Positions 10,403 through 19,292 of a stretch of 64,000 bases of DNA are shown here, in pieces; position 1 is the stretch's first letter; every line of letters begins with the position of its first letter. The notes beneath the pieces were generated by a model, which was given only the letters and a program-made list of their open reading frames with translations, had not been told where the DNA came from and made no database searches. A program made the position numbers and the translations under genes. Location of the stretch: positions 1,280,001-1,344,000 of the forward strand of contig CAXXLV010000002.1 in NCBI GenBank assembly GCA_963664305.2. Reading direction: 5' to 3'. The DNA is from an uncultured Aliarcobacter sp. Its GTDB lineage: Bacteria > Campylobacterota > Campylobacteria > Campylobacterales > Arcobacteraceae.

Positions 10403-11629
10403 ATGCAAAAATTATGGAATAAATTTGGAGATAACTTCTTTTCAAAAATAAAAATAGGAACACTTGAAGTAATCTATAAAGATGGAAATATCAAACTTTA
10501 TGGAGAAAAAAATGTTGCAGAAAAAATCACTTTAGAAATATATAACAATAGATTTTTTACAAGAGTTATGCTTTATGGAGATATTGGTTTTTGTGAGAGT
10601 TTTATAGATAAAGATTTTGAAACTTCAAATCTTACAAAACTATTAGAATTAGCACTTTTAAATGCACAATATCTTGGAACTACAAGTGAAAATGAAAAAA
10701 ATAAACTAATAAATCTAATGCCAATTTTTAATAAAATAAAACATAGTTTACGAAAAAACTCAAAAACAAATTCAAGAAAAAATATCTCAGCGCACTATGA
10801 TTTATCAAACGAGTTTTATAAACTGATGCTTGATGAAACTATGATGTATTCAAGTGCTGTTTTTTCACACAAAAATCAAGATTTATATGAAGCACAAAAA
10901 AATAAGTTAGAAAGACTCTCATCAAAACTAAATCTAAAAGAGGGTTCAAAAGTCTTAGAAATTGGTTCAGGTTGGGGAGCTATGGCACTTCATTTGGCAA
11001 ATGATAAAGGTTGTGATGTTACAACTATAACTTTAAGTGTTGAGCAAAAAAAGCTTTGCGAGAATAGATTTAAAGAGCATAATGTAGAAGATAAAATCGA
11101 TATTTTACTAAAAGATTATAGAGATTTAAACGGAAAATTTGATGCAATTATTGCTGTTGAGATGTTTGAAGCAGTTGGTCGTGAATATTTTCATATCTTC
11201 TTTAAAAAGTGCCAAGAGTTACTAAAGCCAAACGGTGTTTTAGTCCTTCAAGTAATCACAATGCCAGACCAAAGGTATGAAGCATACTCTAAAGGCACTG
11301 ATTTTATACAAAAATATATCTTTCCAGGAGGTCATCTTCCAAGTATCTCTAAAATCCTTGAAGTAACCTCAAAACATACAAGGTTAAATCTAAATCATCT
11401 TGAAGAGTTCACAGAAGATTATGCAAAAACTCTGAATATTTGGCATGAGAATTTTGAAAAAAAATTGGAAGATGTTAAAAAATTAGGTTTTGATGAATAT
11501 TTTATACGAATGTGGAAAATGTACCTAAACTATTGTGAAGCTGCATTTTTAACAAGAAATATAAATCTTCATCAATTAGTTTTTACAAGAGACCAAAATA
11601 TAGATTTAAATAAAGGATTAATCGCATGA
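10403..11629 (+). CDS. Cfa-family SAM-dependent fatty acyl methyltransferase (UfaM-like)
   Basis: NISAHYDLSN, MMYSSA, LEIGSGWG, EMFEAVG, YIFPGG, RMW..YL.YCE. Confidence 0.92.
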   Translation: MQKLWNKFGDNFFSKIKIGTLEVIYKDGNIKLYGEKNVAEKITLEIYNNRFFTRVMLYGDIGFCESFIDKDFETSNLTKLLELALLNAQYLGTTSENEKNKLINLMPIFNKIKHSLRKNSKTNSRKNISAHYDLSNEFYKLMLDETMMYSSAVFSHKNQDLYEAQKNKLERLSSKLNLKEGSKVLEIGSGWGAMALHLANDKGCDVTTITLSVEQKKLCENRFKEHNVEDKIDILLKDYRDLNGKFDAIIAVEMFEAVGREYFHIFFKKCQELLKPNGVLVLQVITMPDQRYEAYSKGTDFIQKYIFPGGHLPSISKILEVTSKHTRLNLNHLEEFTEDYAKTLNIWHENFEKKLEDVKKLGFDEYFIRMWKMYLNYCEAAFLTRNINLHQLVFTRDQNIDLNKGLIA

Positions 11630-12153
11630 AAAATTTAATATTTATTTTTTTAGCAACAATTTTATTTACAGGATGTACGGGCATGAAAATAGAAGATTTT
11701 AACAACACAAAACCAGAGTTTATTCCACAAAATTATTTTAATGGAAAACTAAGAGCCTATGGAATCGTAAAAGATAGAAGTGGAAAAATAACAAGAACAT
11801 TCAAAGGAACAATGGTTGGTTCTTGGGATAAAAACGGTATTGGAACACTTGATGAATATTTTGTTTATAATGACGGTGAAGAGATGAAAAGAGTTTGGAC
11901 TCTGAAACCAACTGAAAATAAAAAATTTATAGCAACTGCAAATGATATAATAGGTGATAGTCCAATGATAGCAAATGGAAATACAGTAATGCTAGATTAT
12001 GTTATGAGAGTTCCTTATAAAGGTTCAACTATTGATTTGAGTGTTCAAGATTGGCTTCATTTACAAGATGATGGAGTTATTATAAATCACTCAAAAATGA
12101 AAAAATTTGGTTTTGTTGTTGGAGAACTTGTAATTACTATAATTAAGGATTAA
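11626..12153 (+). CDS. DUF3833 family lipoprotein
   Basis: Lipobox LFTGC, F.G.L.AYG.V.DRSG, LDE.F.Y.DG, KFG. Confidence 0.85.
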   Translation: MKNLIFIFLATILFTGCTGMKIEDFNNTKPEFIPQNYFNGKLRAYGIVKDRSGKITRTFKGTMVGSWDKNGIGTLDEYFVYNDGEEMKRVWTLKPTENKKFIATANDIIGDSPMIANGNTVMLDYVMRVPYKGSTIDLSVQDWLHLQDDGVIINHSKMKKFGFVVGELVITIIKD

Positions 12154-12155
12154 AA

Positions 12156-13217
12156 ATGGCTTGTAAATGCAAAGATATATTTTATATAAGTGAAAAGAAA
12201 AGTAAAATTCACTTCATAACTCAAATAACAGAGTTAGTAATTAAATCTTCAAATCTTTTAAAAACTTTAGGATTTGAAACTTCAAAAATAGATGGAATTA
12301 TAACTATCGAAGGAGAAAATCCAAAACTTTTTTTTGAAGAGAATTTTGACTTTTTTAACATAAATTTTAATGATTTAGAAAAAGATGAAATTAAGATTTT
12401 TATAGAAAATGAAGATAATCAACTCTCACTTGGAACTATATTTTTTGCAAAGCCATTAAATAGATATTTACATTTTATAGAAGATAGAAACTTCTTTGAT
12501 ATTATTGAAAATAGTAGTTTAACAGCCCATTTTCAACCAATAGTTGATATACAAACAAATGAAATTTTTGCTTATGAAGCTCTAACTCGTGGTGTTTTGC
12601 CAAATGGTGAACTTATGTATCCTGATGTTTTATTTTCAAAATCAACACGAAATGATATGAACTTTACTCTTGATAGAATGTGTAGAGAAATAGCTCTTAA
12701 AACAACAGCAGTAAAAAAAATTGATGCAAAGGTTTTTATAAACTTTATTCCAACTTCTATTTATGACCCAGAATTTTGCCTAGCATCTACTGTAAAGTGG
12801 GCAAAACAATTAGACTTTGACCCAAAAAACATAGTTTTTGAAGTAGTTGAAACACAAAATGTAAAAGATAAAGAACACTTAAAAACTATTCTAAATTTTT
12901 ATAGAGATAAAGGTTTTTTAATTGCTTTAGATGATGTGGGAGAAGGTTATTCATCTTTAAACATGATTATTGATATAAAACCAGACATCATAAAAGTTGA
13001 TAGAAATATAATAGAAAATATCGATAGAGATACTATGAAACAATCAATTTATAAGGCTTTGAGAACAATTTGTATTGATAACAATATCAAAATCTTAGCT
13101 GAGGGTGTTGAAACTCCTTATGAACTTGAAAAGGTAAAAGAGATAGGTGTTGATTATGCACAAGGTTATTATTTTGCAAAACCTAGTGCGGAGATTGTTA
13201 GAAAAGTACATTTATAA
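12156..13217 (+). CDS. EAL-domain c-di-GMP phosphodiesterase
   Basis: FQPIV, YEALTRG, FINF, DDVGEGYSS, AEGVET, QGYYF. Confidence 0.92.
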   Translation: MACKCKDIFYISEKKSKIHFITQITELVIKSSNLLKTLGFETSKIDGIITIEGENPKLFFEENFDFFNINFNDLEKDEIKIFIENEDNQLSLGTIFFAKPLNRYLHFIEDRNFFDIIENSSLTAHFQPIVDIQTNEIFAYEALTRGVLPNGELMYPDVLFSKSTRNDMNFTLDRMCREIALKTTAVKKIDAKVFINFIPTSIYDPEFCLASTVKWAKQLDFDPKNIVFEVVETQNVKDKEHLKTILNFYRDKGFLIALDDVGEGYSSLNMIIDIKPDIIKVDRNIIENIDRDTMKQSIYKALRTICIDNNIKILAEGVETPYELEKVKEIGVDYAQGYYFAKPSAEIVRKVHL

Positions 13218-13236
13218 TGAAAGTATTTATACTTTT

Positions 13237-13269
13237 CTTCGTTCCCAAGCTCCAGCTTGGGAATGCATA
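13237..13269 (+). repeat. REP-like GC-rich hairpin, left flank of RAYT
   Basis: CTTCGTTCCCAAGC-TCCA-GCTTGGGAATGCATA. Confidence 0.85.
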
Positions 13270-13281
13270 CTAAAATCAAAA

Positions 13282-13815
13282 CTAAAACAATCTCTCAACA
13301 TCAATCAAACCTTTTACATCTTCATAATCCCTTGCACTTGAATATCTCCAATGTTTTGCAACATCAACATATCCTCTTTTTACTGGATTTTGATGAATAT
13401 AGTTTATAGTTTCTATCATCATTTTTTCATCTTTTATAAGTTTTGGTTGAAATCCTTCTTGCCAAAGTTGATAAGTTGTTTGCATTTTATGTACTTTTTT
13501 ATAAAAAGCCAATTGTTCTAGTATAGTTTTTACATTTTTAATTTGAAGATATTTTAGTATCTCTTTTGCAGTAAATGATTTAAATTTTTTAATTGTTTTT
13601 GAAAAATCTTCACTTGACACAATCATATGAAGATGATTTTCAAGGATTACATAGGCATATATTTTTAGGTTATCTTCTTTTTGAAGAAATTTTAAACTAT
13701 CAAATATAATATTGGTTGTTTCAGTTCTTGTAAATATTGGTATCCAGTGTAAAATAGTACAAGTTATAAAATGCGGATATGTTGGTTCATATATTTTATA
13801 TCTACTTCTGCCCAT
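13282..13815 (-). mobile_element. REP-associated tyrosine transposase (RAYT, Y1 HUH/IS200 superfamily)
   Basis: HFIT, YVILENHLH (HUH), LWQ, YIHQNPVKRG, WRYSS; flanked by inverted REP hairpins. Confidence 0.9.
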
Positions 13816-13835
13816 TTTTGTTTCTTCTTTTTTAT

Positions 13836-14258
13836 TTAGTTTTTATATGCATTCCCAACGTGGACGTTGGGAACGAGGAAAGCACTATACATTTGGTTTG
13901 TATATCCACCTTGGAACATAAGAACATCAATAGCAATATCACTTATTCCATCTGTTCCTCTAAATGAAATAGTTGTATTTCCATCTTTATCTTTTAAAAG
14001 CATTGCTTGAATATCATTTAATCCAGCAAAAGAAGTTGGAATATTTTTAAAATCAATGATTGTATAATTTCTTAATAAATCAATAATTGCTTCATCACGA
14101 TTATCATCAATACCAGTTGTATCTTTGTTATTATTTGTAAGAAAGTTAGTGATATTCTCTAAGGAATAAGGTTTATTCTCAAAATATTTATTCTCAAGTT
14201 TTAAATATGCCAACTCTGATAATAATGCTGTATCCAGTATTTTATTTGTTAATTCCAT
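13836..14258 (-). pseudogene. Truncated N-terminus of a lipase-like secreted (possibly RTX/T1SS) protein
   Basis: LSELAY...TISFRGT resembles the start of a lipase-3-like domain; no GxSxG follows; the last ~14 codons (FLVPNVHVGNAYKN) run through the REP. Confidence 0.6.
13846..13880 (-). repeat. REP-like hairpin, right flank of RAYT (inverted relative to left copy)
   Basis: Reverse complement reads TTCCTCGTTCCCAACG-TCCA-CGTTGGGAATGCATA. Confidence 0.85.
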
Positions 14259-14268
14259 CTTAATTCTC

Positions 14269-15021
14269 CTATAAATAATTAATTTTTAAAATTTTTTCTT
14301 TTATTACACTGCTTTTAATTTGACTTATATTAAAAGGTATACCATTTCCACTAACCCATAATAAATACTTATTTCGGAATTTATTTTCATCTTTATTGTA
14401 AAAACTTGCCAATAAATCTTTGGCTAATACTTTATTTGTCTTATTATCTATCAATAAATATTCATTAATGGAATATAAATCAAAGAAATAATTTTCTTTT
14501 TTTTCTTCAATCTTATATCTAGCACTTCCATTTTCTATATATTCAAATTGTGGCTTTATATCATCAAACCTAACTCTTAATTTTTTATCTACACTTTTTT
14601 CTTTTTTAAATGCACCATCATCAAAATCAGTTTTCTTTATAAAATCATTAATTTTAAATTGCTCTATAAAAAAATCCTTGAAAAAAATAGATTTTCTTAA
14701 ATCTAAATGATTTAAGAAATATGTAATAGTCCAACTATTTTGACTAAGTTCAGTTATATCCAAACTCTCAATCTTCCCCTCTGCATCAACTTCAGGATAA
14801 GCATATATTTCACCTTCCATCTTAAAAGCTTGATAATATGTTTTAACACTTTTTTGAATAATCAAATCCCAAAAAGGTGCTAATAAAACTACTATAAAAA
14901 CTATTTTTCCTATATGTCTATATTTATCTTTAAAAAATTTATATGCTAAATATCCAATAAACCACGCAAATAATAAATAAACTACATTTACTATAATTAC
15001 AAGTAAGCCCCACGTTAACAT
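14269..15021 (-). CDS. Hypothetical membrane protein (two N-terminal TM helices), possible partner or immunity protein
   Basis: 250-aa ORF between hlyD and the lipase-like gene, AAGGA RBS. Confidence 0.6.
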   Translation of the reverse strand: MLTWGLLVIIVNVVYLLFAWFIGYLAYKFFKDKYRHIGKIVFIVVLLAPFWDLIIQKSVKTYYQAFKMEGEIYAYPEVDAEGKIESLDITELSQNSWTITYFLNHLDLRKSIFFKDFFIEQFKINDFIKKTDFDDGAFKKEKSVDKKLRVRFDDIKPQFEYIENGSARYKIEEKKENYFFDLYSINEYLLIDNKTNKVLAKDLLASFYNKDENKFRNKYLLWVSGNGIPFNISQIKSSVIKEKILKINYL

Positions 15022-15064
15022 TCAATTTCCTTTTTTAATTTAATTTTTATTTTATCTTTTCTCA

Positions 15065-15795
15065 TCACCTAACACTCAACCCCTCATCCAAATACTGAAT
15101 AATTGGATAGATAAAAAACTCTATTACTCTTCTTTTTCCTACTTTTATTTCTGCTGTTACACTCATACCTGCTTCTAGGTATCTTTCCTTTCCTTCTACA
15201 TTTAAAGTTTTCCCATTTGGTTCTATTTTTACTTCATAAACGGGTCCTAATTTTTCATCATCTATAGAAAAGTTTCCTACATTAATTATTTTTCCTTCAA
15301 AAAATCCATATTTTTGAAAAGAGAAAGTATCTATTTTGATTTTAGAATTCATATCTTTTTTTATAAATCCTATATCTTGATTTAGTACATTTACTTTTAC
15401 TATTAATGGTGAATCTTTTGGAACGATTGAAATTAGTTTTTCAGCTGGAGTTACAGCACCACCAATTGTATTTATCATAAGTTTTGCAACATATCCATCT
15501 GTTGGTGATACAATAGATTGTTTTTGATTTTGGAATTTTATTGCGTTTATTTCTGATTGAAGGTTTCTTGCTTCTTTTTGTATAGTTTGAAGTTCTTGAT
15601 ATTTTGTATCTTTAAACTGGCTAATAAAACTATTTTTTTCTTCTTTTGTTTCTATTATTTTTTTATTTGCTTCTTCTACTTTATATGAAGCCATATTTAT
15701 CTGCTCTTTTAGATTTAGTATCTCTTTTTGTAACTCTTCATAATCTTTTTTAGCGATTATATTTAAACTCATAAATATCATCTGCCTTTATTCAT
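15065..15795 (-). pseudogene. HlyD-family T1SS membrane fusion protein, N-terminally/internally deleted
   Basis: C-terminal HlyD motifs (SPTDG, DIGFI, QKYG, GMSVTAEIKVGKRRVIEF); no TM anchor; only 238 aa open (15065-15781). Confidence 0.75.
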
Positions 15796-15840
15796 AATAT
15801 TTTAAATTATAACAAACAAATGACTTTCAAATGACTCAAT

Positions 15841-15883
15841 TTACAAAATTATCCTACAAAATAATTTAAAACTATTATAAAGT
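15841..15883 (+). promoter_or_regulatory. Direct-repeat promoter motif copy 3 (upstream of photolyase)
   Basis: TTACAAAATTATCCTACAAAA; TACAAA at 15842 and 15855; TAAAGT at 15878. Confidence 0.55.
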
Positions 15884-15889
15884 TATAAT

Positions 15890-17284
15890 ATGAAAACATT
15901 TATCCTTTACCCAAACCAACTGTTTAAAAACCTATCAAATTTTCCAAACAAAAAAATACTTCTAATAGAAGAACCACTATTTTTTACCCAATACAATTTT
16001 CATATTCAAAAACTAGTTCTTCATAGAGCTAGTATGAAATTTTATGAGAATTATTTAAAAGAGAATAATGTTTTAGTTGAATATTTTGAAGATGAAAGTT
16101 ATCTTGAACTTTATAAAGATGAAGAGGTTTTTGTGTATGAACTTTTTGATAATTATTTAGAAAAAAAGGTTTATAAAAACTTTTCAAACATCAAAACTAT
16201 AAAAAATCCAAACTTTATAAATCCAAATGATAATAATAAATTTCTTCATAAATTTTATATAAATAGAAGAAAAGAGTTAGACATTTTTATGGAAAATGGC
16301 AAACCTCTTTTTGATAAATATAGCTTTGATGAAGAAAACAGAAAAAAACTTCCAAAAGAGATAAAAATTCCCCCTACTCTATCTTTTGAAAATAGATTTG
16401 TAAAAGAAGCTAAAGAATATTGTAAAAAATTTAAAAGTGTAGGTAGTTGTGAAAACTTTTATTATCCAACTACATTTGATGAAGCTACTATCCAACTAAA
16501 CTATTTTTTAAAAGAAAAATTTGAAAATTTTGGAACATACCAAGATGCAATAACAAAAGATACAAAAGAGCATTTTTTGTTTCACTCAAACATCTCAAGT
16601 AGTTTAAATATTGGTTTGATTGACTTACATGAATTAATAGAAAAAATAGTAAATTTTGATGCGCCTTACAATGCTAAAGAAGGCTTTATACGACAGATTA
16701 TTGGTTGGCGTGAATTTATGCTAAAAATCTATCAAAGTAGTGGTACAAATCTTCGAAATTCAAATTTCTTTGAGTTTACAAATCCTATGCCACAAAAGAT
16801 AATTGAAGCCAAAAGTGGAATAAAAATCCTTGATGATACAATCAAAAAGCTTGAACTCACTTCTTATAATCATCATATTGAAAGGCTTATGATTTTAGGA
16901 AATATCTTTTTATTACTCGAAATCAAACCAAATGAAGTTTACGAATTTTTTATGAAAAATTATATTGATGCTTATGATTGGGTGATGGTTGGGAATGTTT
17001 ATGGAATGAGTCAATTTAGTGATGGAGGAAGTATAACTACAAAACCATATATTGCTAGTTCCAACTATCTTTTAAAAATGAGTGATTATGACAAAAATGA
17101 ATCTTGGTGTAAGATTTTAGATGCACTTTACTGGAGATTTTTATATAAATATTCATATAAATTTTCCACAAATCCTCGAATGAAAATGCAAATAGCACTT
17201 TTAAACAAAATGCCAAAAGAAAAACTAGAAACTCATCTAAAAATAGCTAATGATTTTTTAGAAATACTTTTTATTTCAAATTGA
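15890..17284 (+). CDS. PhrB/CryB-type prokaryotic (6-4) photolyase family protein lacking the Fe-S cysteines
   Basis: FHIQKL..HR.SM, FG.YQDA, EGFIRQIIGWREF, YNHHIERLM, DAYDWV, TKPY. Confidence 0.88.
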   Translation: MKTFILYPNQLFKNLSNFPNKKILLIEEPLFFTQYNFHIQKLVLHRASMKFYENYLKENNVLVEYFEDESYLELYKDEEVFVYELFDNYLEKKVYKNFSNIKTIKNPNFINPNDNNKFLHKFYINRRKELDIFMENGKPLFDKYSFDEENRKKLPKEIKIPPTLSFENRFVKEAKEYCKKFKSVGSCENFYYPTTFDEATIQLNYFLKEKFENFGTYQDAITKDTKEHFLFHSNISSSLNIGLIDLHELIEKIVNFDAPYNAKEGFIRQIIGWREFMLKIYQSSGTNLRNSNFFEFTNPMPQKIIEAKSGIKILDDTIKKLELTSYNHHIERLMILGNIFLLLEIKPNEVYEFFMKNYIDAYDWVMVGNVYGMSQFSDGGSITTKPYIASSNYLLKMSDYDKNESWCKILDALYWRFLYKYSYKFSTNPRMKMQIALLNKMPKEKLETHLKIANDFLEILFISN

Positions 17285-17327
17285 CATATTTTCAAAGAGA
17301 ACTTTTAGATTTTTATAAAATACAAAA

Positions 17328-18563
17328 ATGAAAACAGATATTTATGAAAAAATGGAAATCCTAGCAAATAGTGCTAAATATGATGTTTCTTGTAGTTCAA
17401 GTGGAGTTGAAACAAGCTTCAAAAAAGGAGAATTAGGAGCAACTCACACAAGTGGAATTTGCCACACTTTCACACCTGATGGAAGATGTGTATCACTTCT
17501 AAAAGTATTACTTACAAATATTTGCATTTATGATTGTGCATATTGTATAAATCGTATTTCAAATGATATTCCAAGAGCAGTTTTTAGTCCTAGAGAACTT
17601 GCAGACATCACAATAAATTTTTACAAAAGAAACTACATAGAAGGTCTTTTTTTGAGCTCTGGAATTGTAAAAAATGAAGACCACACAATGACTTTGGTTT
17701 TAAAAGCTTTAAAGATTTTACGATATGAATATAGATTTAATGGTTATATTCATGTAAAATTAATCCCTGGAAGTAGTATGGAATTAGTTGAGCAGATTGT
17801 AAAACTAGCAAATAGAGTAAGTTCAAATATCGAACTTCCAAGTGATAAATCATTAAAACTTTTAGCTCCAAATAAAACAAAAGAAAAAGTTTTGCAACCA
17901 CTAAAATTTGCAAGGGATTTAAGTCTTGCAAAAGAGCAAAAACCAATAGGAATGAGTACGCAACTAATAGTTGGGGCAACACCTGAAAGCGATAGAGATA
18001 TTTTAAAACTTAGCTCCGCTTTATACGATAAAGCACTTTTAAAAAGAGTTTATTATAGTGCTTATATTCCTGTAAACAATGACAAAAATCTTCCCTCAGT
18101 TGTGACAAAACCACCACTTTTAAGAGAACATAGACTTTATCAAGCTGATTGGTTGTTAAGATTTTATGATTTTTCTTGGGATGAAATAGTTACAGATGAG
18201 TTTCCAAATTTAGATGAAGAACTTGACCCAAAAACATTTTGGGCATTAAACAACCTAAAATATTTTCCTATGGAAATAAACACTGCTTCAAAAGAGGAAC
18301 TTCTTAGAATTCCAGGAATTGGAGCAAGAGGTGTGATGAAGATATTAAGTGCTAGAAGATTTAAAAGACTCACTTTTGATGATTTAAAAAAATTAAAAAT
18401 ATCAATCAAAAAAGCAAAATATTTTATCACTTGCAATAAAGAATTTCAAAGGCAAGTTCCATTTTATAGAGAAAGTCTAAAACTTGCACTTACTAAACCT
18501 GAACCAAAAAAACTAATACAACCCTCACTTTTTGATATTAGTTCACTTACAGGTGAATTATGA
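17328..18563 (+). CDS. Putative DNA modification/repair radical SAM protein (TIGR03916-type)
   Basis: AKYDVSCSSSG, GICH...DGRC, CIYDCAYC, REHRLYQADWLLRFY, HhH LLRIPGIG. Confidence 0.92.
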   Translation: MKTDIYEKMEILANSAKYDVSCSSSGVETSFKKGELGATHTSGICHTFTPDGRCVSLLKVLLTNICIYDCAYCINRISNDIPRAVFSPRELADITINFYKRNYIEGLFLSSGIVKNEDHTMTLVLKALKILRYEYRFNGYIHVKLIPGSSMELVEQIVKLANRVSSNIELPSDKSLKLLAPNKTKEKVLQPLKFARDLSLAKEQKPIGMSTQLIVGATPESDRDILKLSSALYDKALLKRVYYSAYIPVNNDKNLPSVVTKPPLLREHRLYQADWLLRFYDFSWDEIVTDEFPNLDEELDPKTFWALNNLKYFPMEINTASKEELLRIPGIGARGVMKILSARRFKRLTFDDLKKLKISIKKAKYFITCNKEFQRQVPFYRESLKLALTKPEPKKLIQPSLFDISSLTGEL

Positions 18564-19291
18564 TTTTAGTTTATGATGGAAGTTTTGAGGGATTTTTGAC
18601 TTTAGTTTATGAAGTTTATTATGAAAAATTAAAACCTACAAAAATTTATAAAACTCTTCCAAATGAGATAATTTTTGATGAAATTTTAGAACTAATTACA
18701 TCAAAAGAAAAATATGAAAAAGTTTTTAATGCACTAAAAGTAAAGTTCCCAAAAGATTGTTTTGAAAAGATATTAAACATTTATATGTGTGATTCAAAGA
18801 AGTTTGAAATGGCTCTTTTAGAGTATATTATCATTGGATTTAAAGATTCTAAACAACTATACAATATAAATAATTCTTGCGTTTTTTATCTAAATTCACT
18901 TGAAAAAGAGTTATTTAGACTAGTTCATAAAATGTATGCTTTTATTAGATTTGAAGAGCTTGAAGATGGAACTTTATATGGAAAAATTGAATCAAAATTT
19001 AATGTAGTATATTTTTTAGGAAAACACTTTTTAAAAAGATTTAATAATCAAAATTTCATAATCCATGACCTAAATAGAAAGTTAGCTTTTGTAAAAATAG
19101 ATGAAGAGTTTTCTATACAAGAAGTTGCTTATTTTGATGAACCAACCTATTCCTCAAATGAAGAAAAATTCCAAAAGCTTTGGAAAAGTTTTTTTAAAGG
19201 AGTTACAATAAAAGAGAGAATAAATCTAAAACTACAACAAAACTTAGTCCCACTTGTCTATAGAACATATATGAGTGAATTTTTCGATTAA
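18560..19291 (+). CDS. TIGR03915/DUF4130 putative DNA repair protein
   Basis: YDGSFEGFLT, HKM.AF.RF, HF..RF, LW..FF....I.ER.N; overlaps the radical SAM stop. Confidence 0.88.
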   Translation: MILVYDGSFEGFLTLVYEVYYEKLKPTKIYKTLPNEIIFDEILELITSKEKYEKVFNALKVKFPKDCFEKILNIYMCDSKKFEMALLEYIIIGFKDSKQLYNINNSCVFYLNSLEKELFRLVHKMYAFIRFEELEDGTLYGKIESKFNVVYFLGKHFLKRFNNQNFIIHDLNRKLAFVKIDEEFSIQEVAYFDEPTYSSNEEKFQKLWKSFFKGVTIKERINLKLQQNLVPLVYRTYMSEFFD

Positions 19292-19292
19292 A

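Noticed and set aside
13237..13880. CRISPR repeats or IS200/IS605 with TnpB
   Set aside because: Only two inverted copies with no spacers or cas genes; no tnpB, and the transposase has RAYT-type WQ/NPV/SS motifs
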